Shown here piece after piece: positions 1-11,970 of a stretch of DNA of 64,000 nt. This stretch comes from Spizellomyces punctatus DAOM BR117. Taxonomy: Eukaryota. The DNA lies in the NCBI GenBank assembly GCA_000182565.2, contig KQ257470.1, one strand, 5' to 3'. Below the pieces are notes generated by a model, which saw only the letters and a list, made by a program, of their open reading frames with translations, made no database searches and was not told where the DNA came from. The first letter of the stretch is position 1; each line of letters starts with the position of its first letter. The position numbers were made by a program, and so were the translations under genes.

Positions 1-3000
1 TCGCTCCTTCCGCTCTTGATTATCGTTGGCATCGCCTTTGTGAAAGTGAATTCCATCATGGTCACTCGCAGCGGAGACGCTTTCGCACGTGCTTCGGCTT
101 TGGCGGAACAAGCACTGGGAGGCGTACGAACAGTTTATGCATTCAGTTTACAAAGTCGGTTACAAGACAAGTACAGCAAAGCACTACATGGGGTGGAAAG
201 CGCAGATAGGAAGAAATCGAATATTGCCGGATTTGCTTTGGGGTTCTTTACCTCTTTGCTATTTTTGATATTTGCTCTGTCATTCTATCTGGCAGTCAGA
301 ATGAAAATTGATGGGGATATAGATGGTTCCAGCGCAGTGGTAAGGTGACCTAGATCTGCGTTTCACCAATGGTGCATGCTGCTTACCACAGGTCCTTTCC
401 TGCGCTTCCAGACGGTTCTCCTATCCATGATGATGTTAGCGGCTTCCCTCATGAATGTGCCGTCTGCCTTATCTGTACTCGCAAGCGCCGCCGCCGCCGC
501 TAGCATCCTTTTCCACATTATATGGGATGCTCAATCGATGGCGCCCGGGGCGAGGGGTGCACAGGAAATGCGAACCCTAGACCGAATAAGCGGAAAGATC
601 TCGTTTCAAAACGTCCATTTCAGTTATCCAGCCAGACCAGAAATACCAATCTTGAACGATTTGCATTTGGAAATTGGGGCAGGGAAGACTGTTGCCTTCG
701 TTGGGTAACTATATCTCTGTCGTTCATGAATTGAGAGATTTCCCGCATTGACATGTCGACCGATATGGATCGCTACAGAGGCTCTGGAAGTGGCAAGTCG
801 ACTACCATTGCGCTTCTTCAAAGGTGGGTTCAAACCGACTACGCAAGAACCACGCTTGGTTTCGGTGTTTTGTCTGATATGCAAAACAAAGTAACTCACT
901 TTCGATGGCTCTAAAAATTCAATTCACCAATAGGCTCTATAATCCGGCGCGAGGTTTCGTGCTCGTGGATGGTAAAGATGTGCGCTCCTTGGACCCGCAA
1001 TGGTTGCGAAGGCATATCGGAGTCGTTGGGTAGGTAGCAAGGACATTTGTTTCTTGGAGATGAAACATAAAAATTTTGGGGTCACCTCACATTTCAACTT
1101 GCTGATTAATGGAATAGGCAAGAGCCTGTTTTGTTTGCCCTTTCTATTAAGCAAAATATCTTGCTGGGGACCCACGAGAGCGTCTCAACGTCGCGCTTCC
1201 TTGAAGGTACGAGCACTCACAAAACATGTGAGTATGCTAGCAATGGCTAATTACCAAGCGGAGAATAGTTTGCAAAATGTCCCAATGTCACGAATTCGTT
1301 AGCAAACTGCCTCTTGGATACGATACTCCAGTAACCACTGGAATGTTGTCAGGGGGACAGAAGCAGAGAATTGGTACAGTACTTGTAGAATCAAAAGACT
1401 CTAAACGCAGACGGCACTTATCTTCTGGTTGCCTATAGCAATTGCCCGCGCCTTGATCAGCGACCCAAAAATACTCTTACTTGACGAGGTGTGGCAAAGA
1501 TTCTATGCGATTTCGTTTGTTCTTTGCAACTTCCGCAAGGTATTGAAAAAACTCTCACTGGCTGAATTAGGCTACTTCGGCTTTGGACACCAACTCGGAA
1601 CGACTTGTCCAAAAGGCACTAGATTCGGCATCGAGTGGACGAACAACGATAGTTATTGGTATGGCAAAGCGAACTTGAATTGCTTTGCTTATTGCTAATC
1701 GGAATTGTTCGGATCATGTAGCCCATCGGCTATCTACGGTTCGGAATGCTGATATGATATGCGTCATGGAAAAGGGGGTGCTAATTGAAAAGGGTCGCCA
1801 TGAAGAATTATATGCCCTGAACGGCACTTATACTCAACTGGTCAACAAACAAAAACTTTCGGTTGGCCATGAGACTGCACCGGGGAGAGACGAACCGATG
1901 GTGTCACAAAGGGAATCCGTTCAAATGGAAAGAAATGAGTATATTATAGAGATTATGCGCGCAGACGAAGAACTCCATATGGACTCTCCAGAAGAACTAG
2001 CAGCACAGTCTGAAAGAAGATTACAAGAAGAAAGGAGAAGGAGGGGAGACGTTGTTCATGGCTCCTCCTCGCTGTTCTGGAGAGTATTCAACTTCATGCG
2101 CCCAGAGTGGACTTTGATTGTCCTGGGTACTCTTGCTGCCGGATGTGGAGGAGTCGTATGTAAATTTGATTGACGCAGAACAACACAAAGAAACCCGCTT
2201 CCGGACCGCTCATTCTCCTATTCGCATAGGTTTTTCCCGGTTTTGCGCTAATACTGGGTTTCACCGTGCAAGAGATAGTAAAACCTGATCCCACCACGGC
2301 ATACCGGTGGATATCTTTTATGCTTGTAGTTGTTGCGTTTGCTCTGTTTAGGTAACGCGCATAGTTTTTCGATGCCTGTCAGACTACGGCACTTTAGATG
2401 CGAAATTCCCACAGCTAACGCATGATCTAAAAGCACCTGGGCTCGTTCGGCACTATTTGGAAGAGTGAATGCTATAGTGACAACCAAACTACGGCTCTTG
2501 ATGCTGCAAAATTTGCTCAAACAAGAAATGGGATTCTTCGATTTAAAGCTGAACTCCATTGGAATACTTTGCAACAAGTTAGCAATGTGCTCTTCTGTAC
2601 CTTGTTTTGTAACGGAGGTTTGGTCTGAACTTGCGCAACTGTCATTGTAAGTACACTGTTACTTTTCTTGGTTTCCCTTCACCTTACTTGCTACTAACGG
2701 ACGAACCCGTTAACAGTACCGCTATTTATGGAATAGGATTATCCATGGCATTTGCTCCGACGTTGGCAGCGGTATAGTGCGGATATTCCTTTGCAAAGTT
2801 TATAAAGGTGGACTAACTCCTCCTCTCGTGATTGTGTTTTAGATTCTGCTGATACTACTTCCGTTTCTGATCATCGCATCATACTGGCAAAGCAGTGCCA
2901 TCTCTCTGTACGCCGATGCGAGTAAGGAGGCTAATGAACAGGCAATGCAGGTTGCAACCGAAGCCATTCGCGATGTGAAGACCTTCAAATCGCTCGTCAG

Positions 3001-4767
3001 AGAAGACTTTGCAGTGCAGAGATACCGAAGTATGGCTTGCGTGAACTTCATGGCATTCCCTGTGTCTTTCCGGATAGCAAATCGCTCACACTTACTTTGC
3101 GATTTCTTCCTTATGTACCGTTCAATCGAAGCATTTCTTGCAAAGCCATTCGAATTGAGTAGGAAAAATGCGTTTCTCGATAGCCTTGCATACGCCGTTC
3201 AAGCTACAGCAGCCATGTTCACCATCTCATTGGGACTGTACGCCGGCTCCCGTTTAATTAAATCTGCTACTCTGGAATTATGGCAACTACTTGTGGTAGT
3301 GCTCGGAATGATGGTACGTTCTACATTACTTTGATTGGAATTCTATGAGTTTTAGGTGCTTCTTTCTGACTCCTCTTTCAGGTTACCATGATTAGTGTCG
3401 CAAGTTCCGCCGGGCTGGCTAGTGCGTATGCGAAAGGCAAATTCGCATCCCTTACCGTAAGACCTTGCTGGCCATTATTTAATTTTTCGCTGCAACGTCC
3501 AATATTTTGCCTTAGGCATTTCAACTGCTCGACAGAGAAACGGAGATTGACCCAGAGAAGAATGGATTCGTCCCAACAAATTTTCGAGCTGGTTTCAAAT
3601 TCGAGAACCTCGCTTTCCAATACCCAACGTCAACGGAGCCCATTTTTACCGGACAATTTAACTTGGAGGGGCTGGAAGATAAATCTCTAGCACTGGTATG
3701 ATTGGCAATCTATTTGACGTTCACCGCCATTCGTCACATCCTCACAAACATTGTTTTTTTTTCCCGTTGATCGCTTCAGGTCGGTCCTAGGTAGGTTGTA
3801 GAGTCTTTTCTTCATTATGGATAAACCTTCTCCAACCACATCTGCATTTTCTACTTATACAGCGGATGCGGCAAATCCACGGTAGCGTCTGATTACATGC
3901 AGAACAGTCTCCTACACGAAACTGACAGGAACGCGTTTGTAACGTAGGTCATTGGACTGTTGCAACGATGGTATGAGGCACAGGCTGGCGAGGGCACCAT
4001 TGGCGGAGTCAGAATAGCGGATTACCAGTTACTGCAAGGGCTACGTTCAAACATTGCTCTAGTAAGTGTTGCCATCGCAAAGCATATAGATGGTCGAGTT
4101 TTTCAACGCAGCTATGGGATTGCTTCCCAGGTCGGTCAAGAACCCATCTTGTTCGACATGAGCATCGCGGACAATATTGCTTGGGGATGCGAAAGACCTG
4201 TCACAATGGACGAGATTATTGACGCTGCCAAACAAGCAAACGTTGATGGATTTGTTGCTGCTTTGCCTGACGGTAGGTTGGCAATTTATTTGCCTTTTTT
4301 CATCGTGGAATGATTTGTCACTACCATCTTTGTTTGTGCGGGCAGGTTATAATACCAGAGTAGGAGAAAAAGGAGGACGCTTATCTGGCGGGCAAAAACA
4401 ACGAATAGCCATTGCGAGGGCTCTTATAAGGAAACCTAAGTTGCTATTACTGGATGAGGCAACGAGTGCATTAGATTCTACAAGTGAAGCAGAAGTTCAA
4501 AAGGCCATTGATAAAGCAGCCGTTGGGCGAACCACCGTGACCATTGCACACAGGTGAGAAGGCATCCTGGCGCATGGGCTAATAACAATGTACAGTGACT
4601 CATAAAAGGGTTCTGTATGTCCTTGTGCTTTCAGGTTATCAACTATCAGAAACGTTGATTGCATTGCCGTTGTTTCCGGTGGGAAAATAGTTGAGATGGG
4701 AAGGCATGAACAACTCGTTGCACTCAACGGGGTGTACGCGGGTCTCTGTCGGCAGCAGGATGTGTGA
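1..4767 (+). CDS. Full-size ABCB/MDR-type ABC transporter (TMD-NBD-TMD-NBD), multi-exon, 5' end outside the window
   Basis: Spliced translation gives two Walker A motifs ([18 protein letters not shown]), two [15 protein letters not shown] signatures, [11 protein letters not shown] Walker B/D-loop and AHRLST H-loops. Stop TGA at 4765-4767. About 20 GT-AG introns. Confidence 0.95.
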
Positions 4768-6335
4768 ATTCCAACGTGTACTTCGGATCATAGATTAGAC
4801 TTCCCTGTTACTGTATGGCACTTCCGAGGTGGTGAGTAAATTCCAAGCCTTGGAATGAATCCCCTTTACATTGCAGAAAACAAATTGACATTGCCTATTG
4901 CACCGATATATCGAGCTTCCCAATTCCTTGAGGAATTCGGCGCCCATTACCCTGGATGTACTTAGAGCTGTTGGCGCCGCGTGCAAGTTTCGGAGATTGC
5001 CTGAATCTAGTTTCCAATGCAGCACCGCTCAAAAAAAGATGATATCAGATTTTCCTAAACAGTCTGTGATTTGGCATTGAGGGAAAATGGATATCAATTG
5101 TTCGCATCGTTGCGTCATTATGAGAAGAAGATGCCCCACGTCGAAATGAAACCTTTGCTGATATTGATTTGAAAGTGTCACAAATCGAATCAAAAGTGAA
5201 GAACCAATCAGACATTGCAACTACTATACAAAGGTTTGAAATGAATGACAATGCTTCCTCTCGATTTGGAAGGCGTACATCTAGCCTCAGCCTAACCTCT
5301 CACCAATACTAATAATCCTACCTAATTCAACACGGACATATGTTTTCCATCAGCAAAAAATGAGGTTGATGGAAACATTCATGTTGACGCCGTGAATTGC
5401 ATTGCACCCCTTGTAGAGGGCAACACTCCATCTCGGATTTCGACAAAGGCGAGATCGTCATCGCCAGCACAGGTGTAGTAATGAGTTTCGACCTCCTCCT
5501 TTTTGATTGAAGAGGTTCACCCAAAACCACTTTATTAACAAGGATCTGAACGTCTTCCAAAACCCGGGCGGACCACTCAACACATGTGTATTGTTTGATC
5601 TGGATGTCCAGACGGTTGAAGTATTTGAATTTAAACTTAATGAGTATCTAACATTTGAATCAAATTTCAAAATCATTGGTAGTTAGGTCTAACTTCATAC
5701 AATGATAGGCACAGCCGACGATAGGATGAAGGTAAGAAGGACGTTTCATGCCCGCTCCTATTAATAATATAAAACTTTGATTCTGATATCGATATCAATT
5801 TTTTTCCCCAGCATATCGAAATGAGCAGAAACCCGCGACCGAAATAATAGTTGTCCTGTGGTGCTGCGACGTGAAACCTTATGTGGCGATAAGTAAACAT
5901 GGTGTGTGCCTAAACGAATCGTGCAAACGTAGATGGGGTCAAGTCGTGGCATCCTATGGTTGAGCCGAAGCCTTTACCTAAGAATCTTGGTTCTATTCAT
6001 TATAGTTGTATGAGAGGTGTTAAATGGCCTTGGAATCGCTGGTTCCTTTCTCCTCATGAAATCATCGAGGATTCCATGAACTCTGGGACGCAGGGTCGTA
6101 TATCAACTGAAAATGGCTGGCGAATGCAACAGCATAACCCGGTATAGAAGGTGCCTATTTAAAGAGCTTTAAAGAGCAGTACGCCCACATTCCGCAGATC
6201 ACTTACGCCCACTTACAGAAAGAAACAGGGAGCGCGCTGATAACAAAACCCAAATGACAAAGAACCTCCCCTCTGCTATGGTTATTAAAAGACATGGAGA
6301 TATGGAACAAGCCAATAGCATATATCTCCTACATA

Positions 6336-7051
6336 GTGTGGAGGTGATTGAAAATGGCACTAGGACCCATTATTATCCGGATTAATCCGGTTAATCATAT
6401 CGCATAATCAGCACCCCCTCTAACTCAAAAACGGTGTGGCATGCATGTAATGTCTTTTTATTAAACTGCGGTGAGGCGCATGCCAAAGGTCTGTAAAAGG
6501 GGAGCCTTTGCTCTCTCTCCCCTTCCTCACCAGTTCCTCGACTCTCAAACCATCTGCGCAACCCTCATCGCGACTTGGTCAATCATGAGAACGCCGATGT
6601 GGTGGTGCCGAGGACCTCGACCGCCCGACAGCAACCGTGATCAGAACCAGCGGCAACCAATCGGATCCGATAACAAAACTTACTATTATGCTGCCACATT
6701 AGTTGAGCTTGGTTGGTATGTATCGATGGCATTTCTTGCATTTCTTGTCATCGGGTCATCTTCTGACATGCAGTTTTTAGTCTCCAAGCCTTTGTCACTG
6801 AACATCCTCTGGCTTGTGACGCTGCCCAGTCGATTCGCTCCTGGATGCAAGAGTCTGGCTTCAATGCCATCAAGAGTTCCAGATCAAGGCCTAGTAGGGA
6901 CCGTGTGTGGTGGTGGGCAATTATCCGGTTAGAACCAACCGTTACGTATTGCGTGTATAATTGCCTAGTAGTAGCTTAGCTTTTCCGAACCGGTTGTCGC
7001 CGGTTTATTCTCTGGTGTAGTAGCTAGTGCCAGTTTCTGTCACCTCTACAC
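6336..7051 (+). mobile_element. Non-autonomous TIR element, Fanzor1 ghost-like, copy 1
   Basis: Left end GTGTGGAGGTGATTGAAAATGGCACTAG matches the reverse complement of the right end at 24/28. TA at 6334-35 and 7052-53. CATA at 6332-35. Homologous to the copies at 43020 and 61277. Confidence 0.9.
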
Positions 7052-7068
7052 TATTGATGAGAAACACA
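6980..7068 (+). ncRNA. Putative Fanzor omega-RNA: 74-nt scaffold (6980-7053) plus ~15-nt guide TTGATGAGAAACACA
   Basis: Scaffold CTTTTCCGAACCGGTTGTCGCCGGTTTATTCTCTGGTGTAGTAGCTAGTGCCAGTTTCTGTCACCTCTACACTA. Stem GAACCGG/CCGGTTT. Second stem GGTG..CACC has a loop TAGTG complementary to the terminal CACTA (pseudoknot). Closely resembles the SpuFz1 scaffold as recalled. Confidence 0.8.
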
Positions 7069-7999
7069 ATAATACAAAAAAAGGATTCGCGTATCGAGTT
7101 AAGGTGAAGAGTTCAGAAAGCTGCAAATGTATTTATCGAGTTCGTTCAAGTAACCATCGAAGCGTGCGCGGGGAAGTTCACGCTTGACCCGGCGAAACAT
7201 TCTTCAACAGACTTAACTACGCCGGCAAAAGCGCAGATCTTTCGAAAATAGGTGCCATGGGTTTCAATATTTTCCCCGACGTCGTCCTCTTCATCATTTT
7301 GTATCGTGCTGTTGTGTGTAGGTTCAGATAGCATTGACAATAAATCTCCTCTAACCCTTCAATGACCGTCCATGTTGTCTCTATACCTTCTCCATGTCTT
7401 CGACTGACAACAGATGGGGCAATGGTAACAGCGACGTTAAGTCCTGCCCATCCTCCAACCTTTCCACTGCTTCTCAAATTTCCTCATACCATTTTTCAGT
7501 GTCGTTCAATGAGAATGATTTGGACAACGGTAACATCGATTCTCTCTGATCGTGTGTGGCTCTAGCACGTTTGATCTTGGCGCCCTCTTCTTCTTGCCAT
7601 ATGTGAGACTCGGCGGCGCTTTGGGCATTTTGTGAAATGAGGTGTTAACAGGTTTCTGCAAGAGTATAAAACTAATATGGTAGGTAAAGGACTTGTTCCT
7701 ACCCCTATATATATCTGTGTTTGGGATCTGGATTTTCAGAATCGATATACTTAATGTGGAACCCTAAAAGTAGTGTCAATTCGCCAGGGGCAAAACGATT
7801 TTATGGAGTTAAGAGCACTTTTTCAACTGCAAACTGAGATTATGCTCTTGGGTTCCCATTAGTATCGAATGTTGAATCAAAAAACTAAATGATTAATGCT
7901 TCTCCGAAGAAACTTAAAACTAAAAAAAAAAAAGGCTGAGGCTTATGGGAGAAGCCTACCTATTTCGTCCAACTTTGTGTTGATTTTGTACACACCGTT

Positions 8000-10140
8000 T
8001 TCGATATCATATTGTCCGTCTACTGGATACACCAGTTCCCTCGTAATGTCTCGGCAACATACATGCCATCGATTCGTACCGCTGTCCTAATTTTACCCTT
8101 CAGCAGGATCAAGACAGAATCCGTTCTATCGATTCGTAGACCTTGGCAAAAGTGAGTTCTCCTCCTTATTGTCTTGTTCCCACAACTGCCACCAAGGGAA
8201 GGGTGATTGCATTGGTAACGTCACCATCGCTCTTGCATTTCATTCTTGCACAGGACGCATTAACACGCCCGGCCCGCAGACTCTACCACCTCCCTTTTCC
8301 TCTGGATGGGACTGATGTTGTTGTACGATTGCTGCTGAATTCTGTCGAAAAGGGTGCAAGAGTCTTTTATATTTTCATATTATCAAAACACAATGGTGTT
8401 CCTTCACGACCTGGGACTCGCAGCGTACCTCAGAGTGCGATGCATTGCGTACGCTGTAGACTCTCTTAACTGCATCTGGTCTCCATTGCTCGCCGAAGTC
8501 TCCATAAAAGTTGTGAGGAATGCCTAAGCGCGTTCGTAGATACATTCTCCATTCCGCTATGTTTCCTGATCGCGGAAGCAATATACATGCCCCACTTTCC
8601 GGCATTGTCAAATGCACACTATTTTTCTTTGCAGAATAGGAATCTATGCCCATTTCCCTTTGTCAGAAAAGTTCGAATTTCCGGTTGCATCAGATAAATC
8701 CAAATATTTGACAATGATTTCGCCATCTGGCGGCAGCTTGATGGAATCCATTGGGGTAGCGATTCTTGTTGTCCGAGACGATGAGGACGTGTCTGTCATG
8801 AATGGTTGCGATGTGGTGTTGAAAAGATCTTCGAGACTCGGCTTCAGAAAGGACCCTGTCGAGGACGAGCCGGACTTCCCTATTTCTCGATGGAGGAATG
8901 GTGGCGTATAGAGCGAGAGCAAGGTATTTCTGAACTTCCGGAGCAAGTATTGAAGGGTCGGCATTCAATCCCATTCCGCACAGTCGATCGCTGACCTGTC
9001 TTTGTCCCCGCGCCGTCTCGAGAAACTGCGGGAAGAGAACGTGCTACATCAGCACTTTTAAACCGCAAAGACAGTACCGTGGCACGAGGATGATCACATA
9101 CCTGGTCCCACAGAAATGTTGGACCATCGCCTCCTATGACCGAATTCTTTTGTCTATCAGCCAGCGTCTGTTCCTTGTTCCTTCGACTTTTCACGCGGGC
9201 GATTTTGGTGCATCTTGGGAAAGGTTCATCCTACTGCACATGGACATACTTCAAGACATCTACTGCTGCAGTGATGGCGGTTGGCAATTGACCCATGTGC
9301 CAACCCACGGATGCTGACCAAATAGCAGTCTATGTACTTGTCCTTAATGAATACAGGGAAATGGACAAATACAGTTAGGGGCGCCTCATCCCGCGGTTGT
9401 AGCATGTTGGAAGCTTCCCTAACTTACGAGGAGCTTGGGTGCTTTTTCCGTTTCGACTATTTGAGCCACCCCAAATAGCCACAAATGCCTTCCCGAGGCT
9501 TCGCAATGGTTTGCGCATTCCGGGGTCTACTTCCTCGCAACGGTTCATTTGGTCGGGAGAAAAAAACCCGCGAGGGCGTGAAACTCGGCATCATTCGTTG
9601 GCGTCATCTCGAAATCCTGGAGGGTGCAACTGTAGTAACACTTGAATAAATGCAGGGCTATTTAGACCCAGAAATCATAGAATGTGACTGATAAAACGAC
9701 CCACTGGTGCAAACACTGACTCACCACTTGAACTTTACAAGAGATTTGACCCCCTTTGCCAATTTCGTCTGATCCACATCAGGTAATGTCCTTCAGCGGT
9801 CTCAAGAAATCCTCGCTTCCCATATCCCTGTTGTCATCTTCATTGCCGCTTAGTCGTCGCCTTTCACCATTCAGAACATAAGAAGTATGCGACGCATACA
9901 CGGCAAAAGTATCGCCCTGAAGATCTTCCTCATCTTGGACCGATGGGTTGTTCGATCTGCCGAGCCTCGTAAGGAATGGGTAGCGCGTCCTCTATTAATC
10001 TGGTCACGGAACAGACATTGGAGTGAGCCTCTGGCAATGGTAAGAAGACATCTCTTCTGTCTTCATCGGTGTCTTCTTCTTCATCTATAAACCAAAGCGG
10101 TGGTGACAAAAGGGACACTTACCAACAGCTGTTTGCATAC
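8000..10140 (-). pseudogene. Degenerate intron-containing tyrosine recombinase (Crypton-like or other YR element); ends approximate
   Basis: Motifs in order across frameshifts: RPNEPLRG..ICGYLGWLK, YL.SIRGLAHGSIAN..AAVDVLKY, LALYATIPPSRNREVR (Arg 8887-89), VSTNALRHS (Arg 8523-25), AYAMHRTLR|IQQQSY (Tyr 8323-25, after GT-AG intron 8428-8342). In-frame stop at 8619-21. Confidence 0.8.
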
Positions 10141-11970
10141 CAAACAAAAAGGCTCGGTGCATCCCTTGCCCTAACCCCTAAATGTCAGAGGCGGAAACTT
10201 GAATAACTCGGCGAGTCCATAACTTATCAACAAGATTAAAACGGTTCTGAGAAGCCCTAGATTGTGGCAACAACCTGATTATATTACTCTTCTGGTTAGG
10301 CGGCATGCAGGCCCAAACTCATTTGCTACTTTCTCAGCGCTATCATAAGCCACCTTTCATCTCCGCATAAGTCAACTCTAAATAGTATCAACCGTTTGGA
10401 ACACAGCAGAAACACTTGCCTGATGATATACTCGATACTGGTTGTATGGTGTAAAACACATATGCCTCACTACAGTACATACCAGTCTTCATGGGATATC
10501 ACAAATTGCCCCTTTTTGACGTTACATTATGGATTCCCCATTCATTTCCCCACACTGTGGACTCATTATCCAGAAATTAGGACCGACCGGACATATCAAG
10601 ATAGAATGAGGTAGGATAAGGTGGAAATTTACAAAATGTCTGTGTATAAAGCAATGAAAGAGGATGCTTCCGTTGCATAGGCATAATAACATGACATGAC
10701 ATGGACATTTACTTTCCACTTTCCAGAGAGAGGACATTCCGCTTCAAGAGCGCGTCAATTGAAAAAGAAACAGCACTAGCCGACAGTAGTCCATCCTAAC
10801 CTTTCCAGTGGAAAAGGCGCCGGCAGTCTTATTTTTGGGGCTGCTCACAGCATGTGCACAGGTGGATCGAGGTTGATGCTTGAAGGGCAGTTGATGGGTT
10901 GCGACTGTGCATCAAACGTGTGGTAGGTCCATTTGCAAGAAAAGATTAAATGTTCTTTTGTCAAAATGTCAAGACAAGTTGCACCGATTAACATTGGTAC
11001 GCCATTTTGGACGTTGCCTGGGCCGGCATGAGAGTAATCGTCGTCGCCTGTTCGTCACGTATGACAGTGGATGGCAAGGTCAAGAACCGAGCCGCTAATG
11101 TACCAACTGCAGAAGAGCCAGCCGCCGCATTTCGGGATTTGGTAGAGCCCGCTGTTTGTAGTCGGATGACAAAGATGGCTCTCAAAGTGTATCCATGGAC
11201 GGGCTCAAGGTTTAACTTGTTTAGACTATCACTACCGAAACCATTCACACAAGGAAATCTCTGTGCATCGGCTTTATCGCCATCAAACAAACCTCTTTGG
11301 CATCGCTCCATTTCATTGTCAAGAAACCTTTTGACACGCCAAATCATCCAAAAGCGTCCATGGGCACATCCCGTCCATCTGCGGTTATTGTCCATGTACA
11401 TTGACTTCATGGGACAGATGGCACAATCATTTAACTGTTCTATAAAGAAAATGGGTGTTCAAAGGGCCCAGATATGAAACAAACGGCGAGGACAAAAAGC
11501 ATTTGCACACTTTATCAAGATTTGCTAGCAACCGATCATAGTAACGACATGGCACAGTCATACAAATACGTTGCACTGCGCGCCCGCAACTGGAAAATAA
11601 AACGCTTTCAGAAAGAGCTAAACAGCAAAAGAAAAAAGATGCCTAGGAAAAGCGTGGGAAAAAAAAGTGAAAAAACACCTCAAATGGCCTCTTGTTCGAC
11701 GTTTCTGCGCCGCAAAGGGCTTTTGGACGCCGTCGTCGTTTTTACCGCGACGCAGCCAAACAGTCGCTCCATTCCAGAGTTGCTGCTCGGCGGTTTTTGC
11801 AGAGAAGAACGTTGACGGAGGTTCAACCGAGGGTGAAAAATCCAAAGGTTGATATTCCGACAAGAACGTGAAGAAGGGCGGCGGGGTTTTCTTGTGGCGC
11901 TTCTCACATTTCAACAGTGCCCTACGCGACATTGTGACGACCGACGACGGCGAAAGGTAGCACTCACACC

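Noticed and set aside
6337-7050. Solo-LTR interpretation of the repeat (TG...CA ends, TATA box)
   Set aside because: No 4-6 bp TSD in any copy. All copies instead have TA outside ~30-bp TIRs and an omega-RNA-like 3' end.
4800-11900. Fanzor/TnpB coding sequence near ghost copy 1
   Set aside because: I could not find RuvC or zinc-finger motifs in any frame. A translated profile search could still reveal a decayed fragment.
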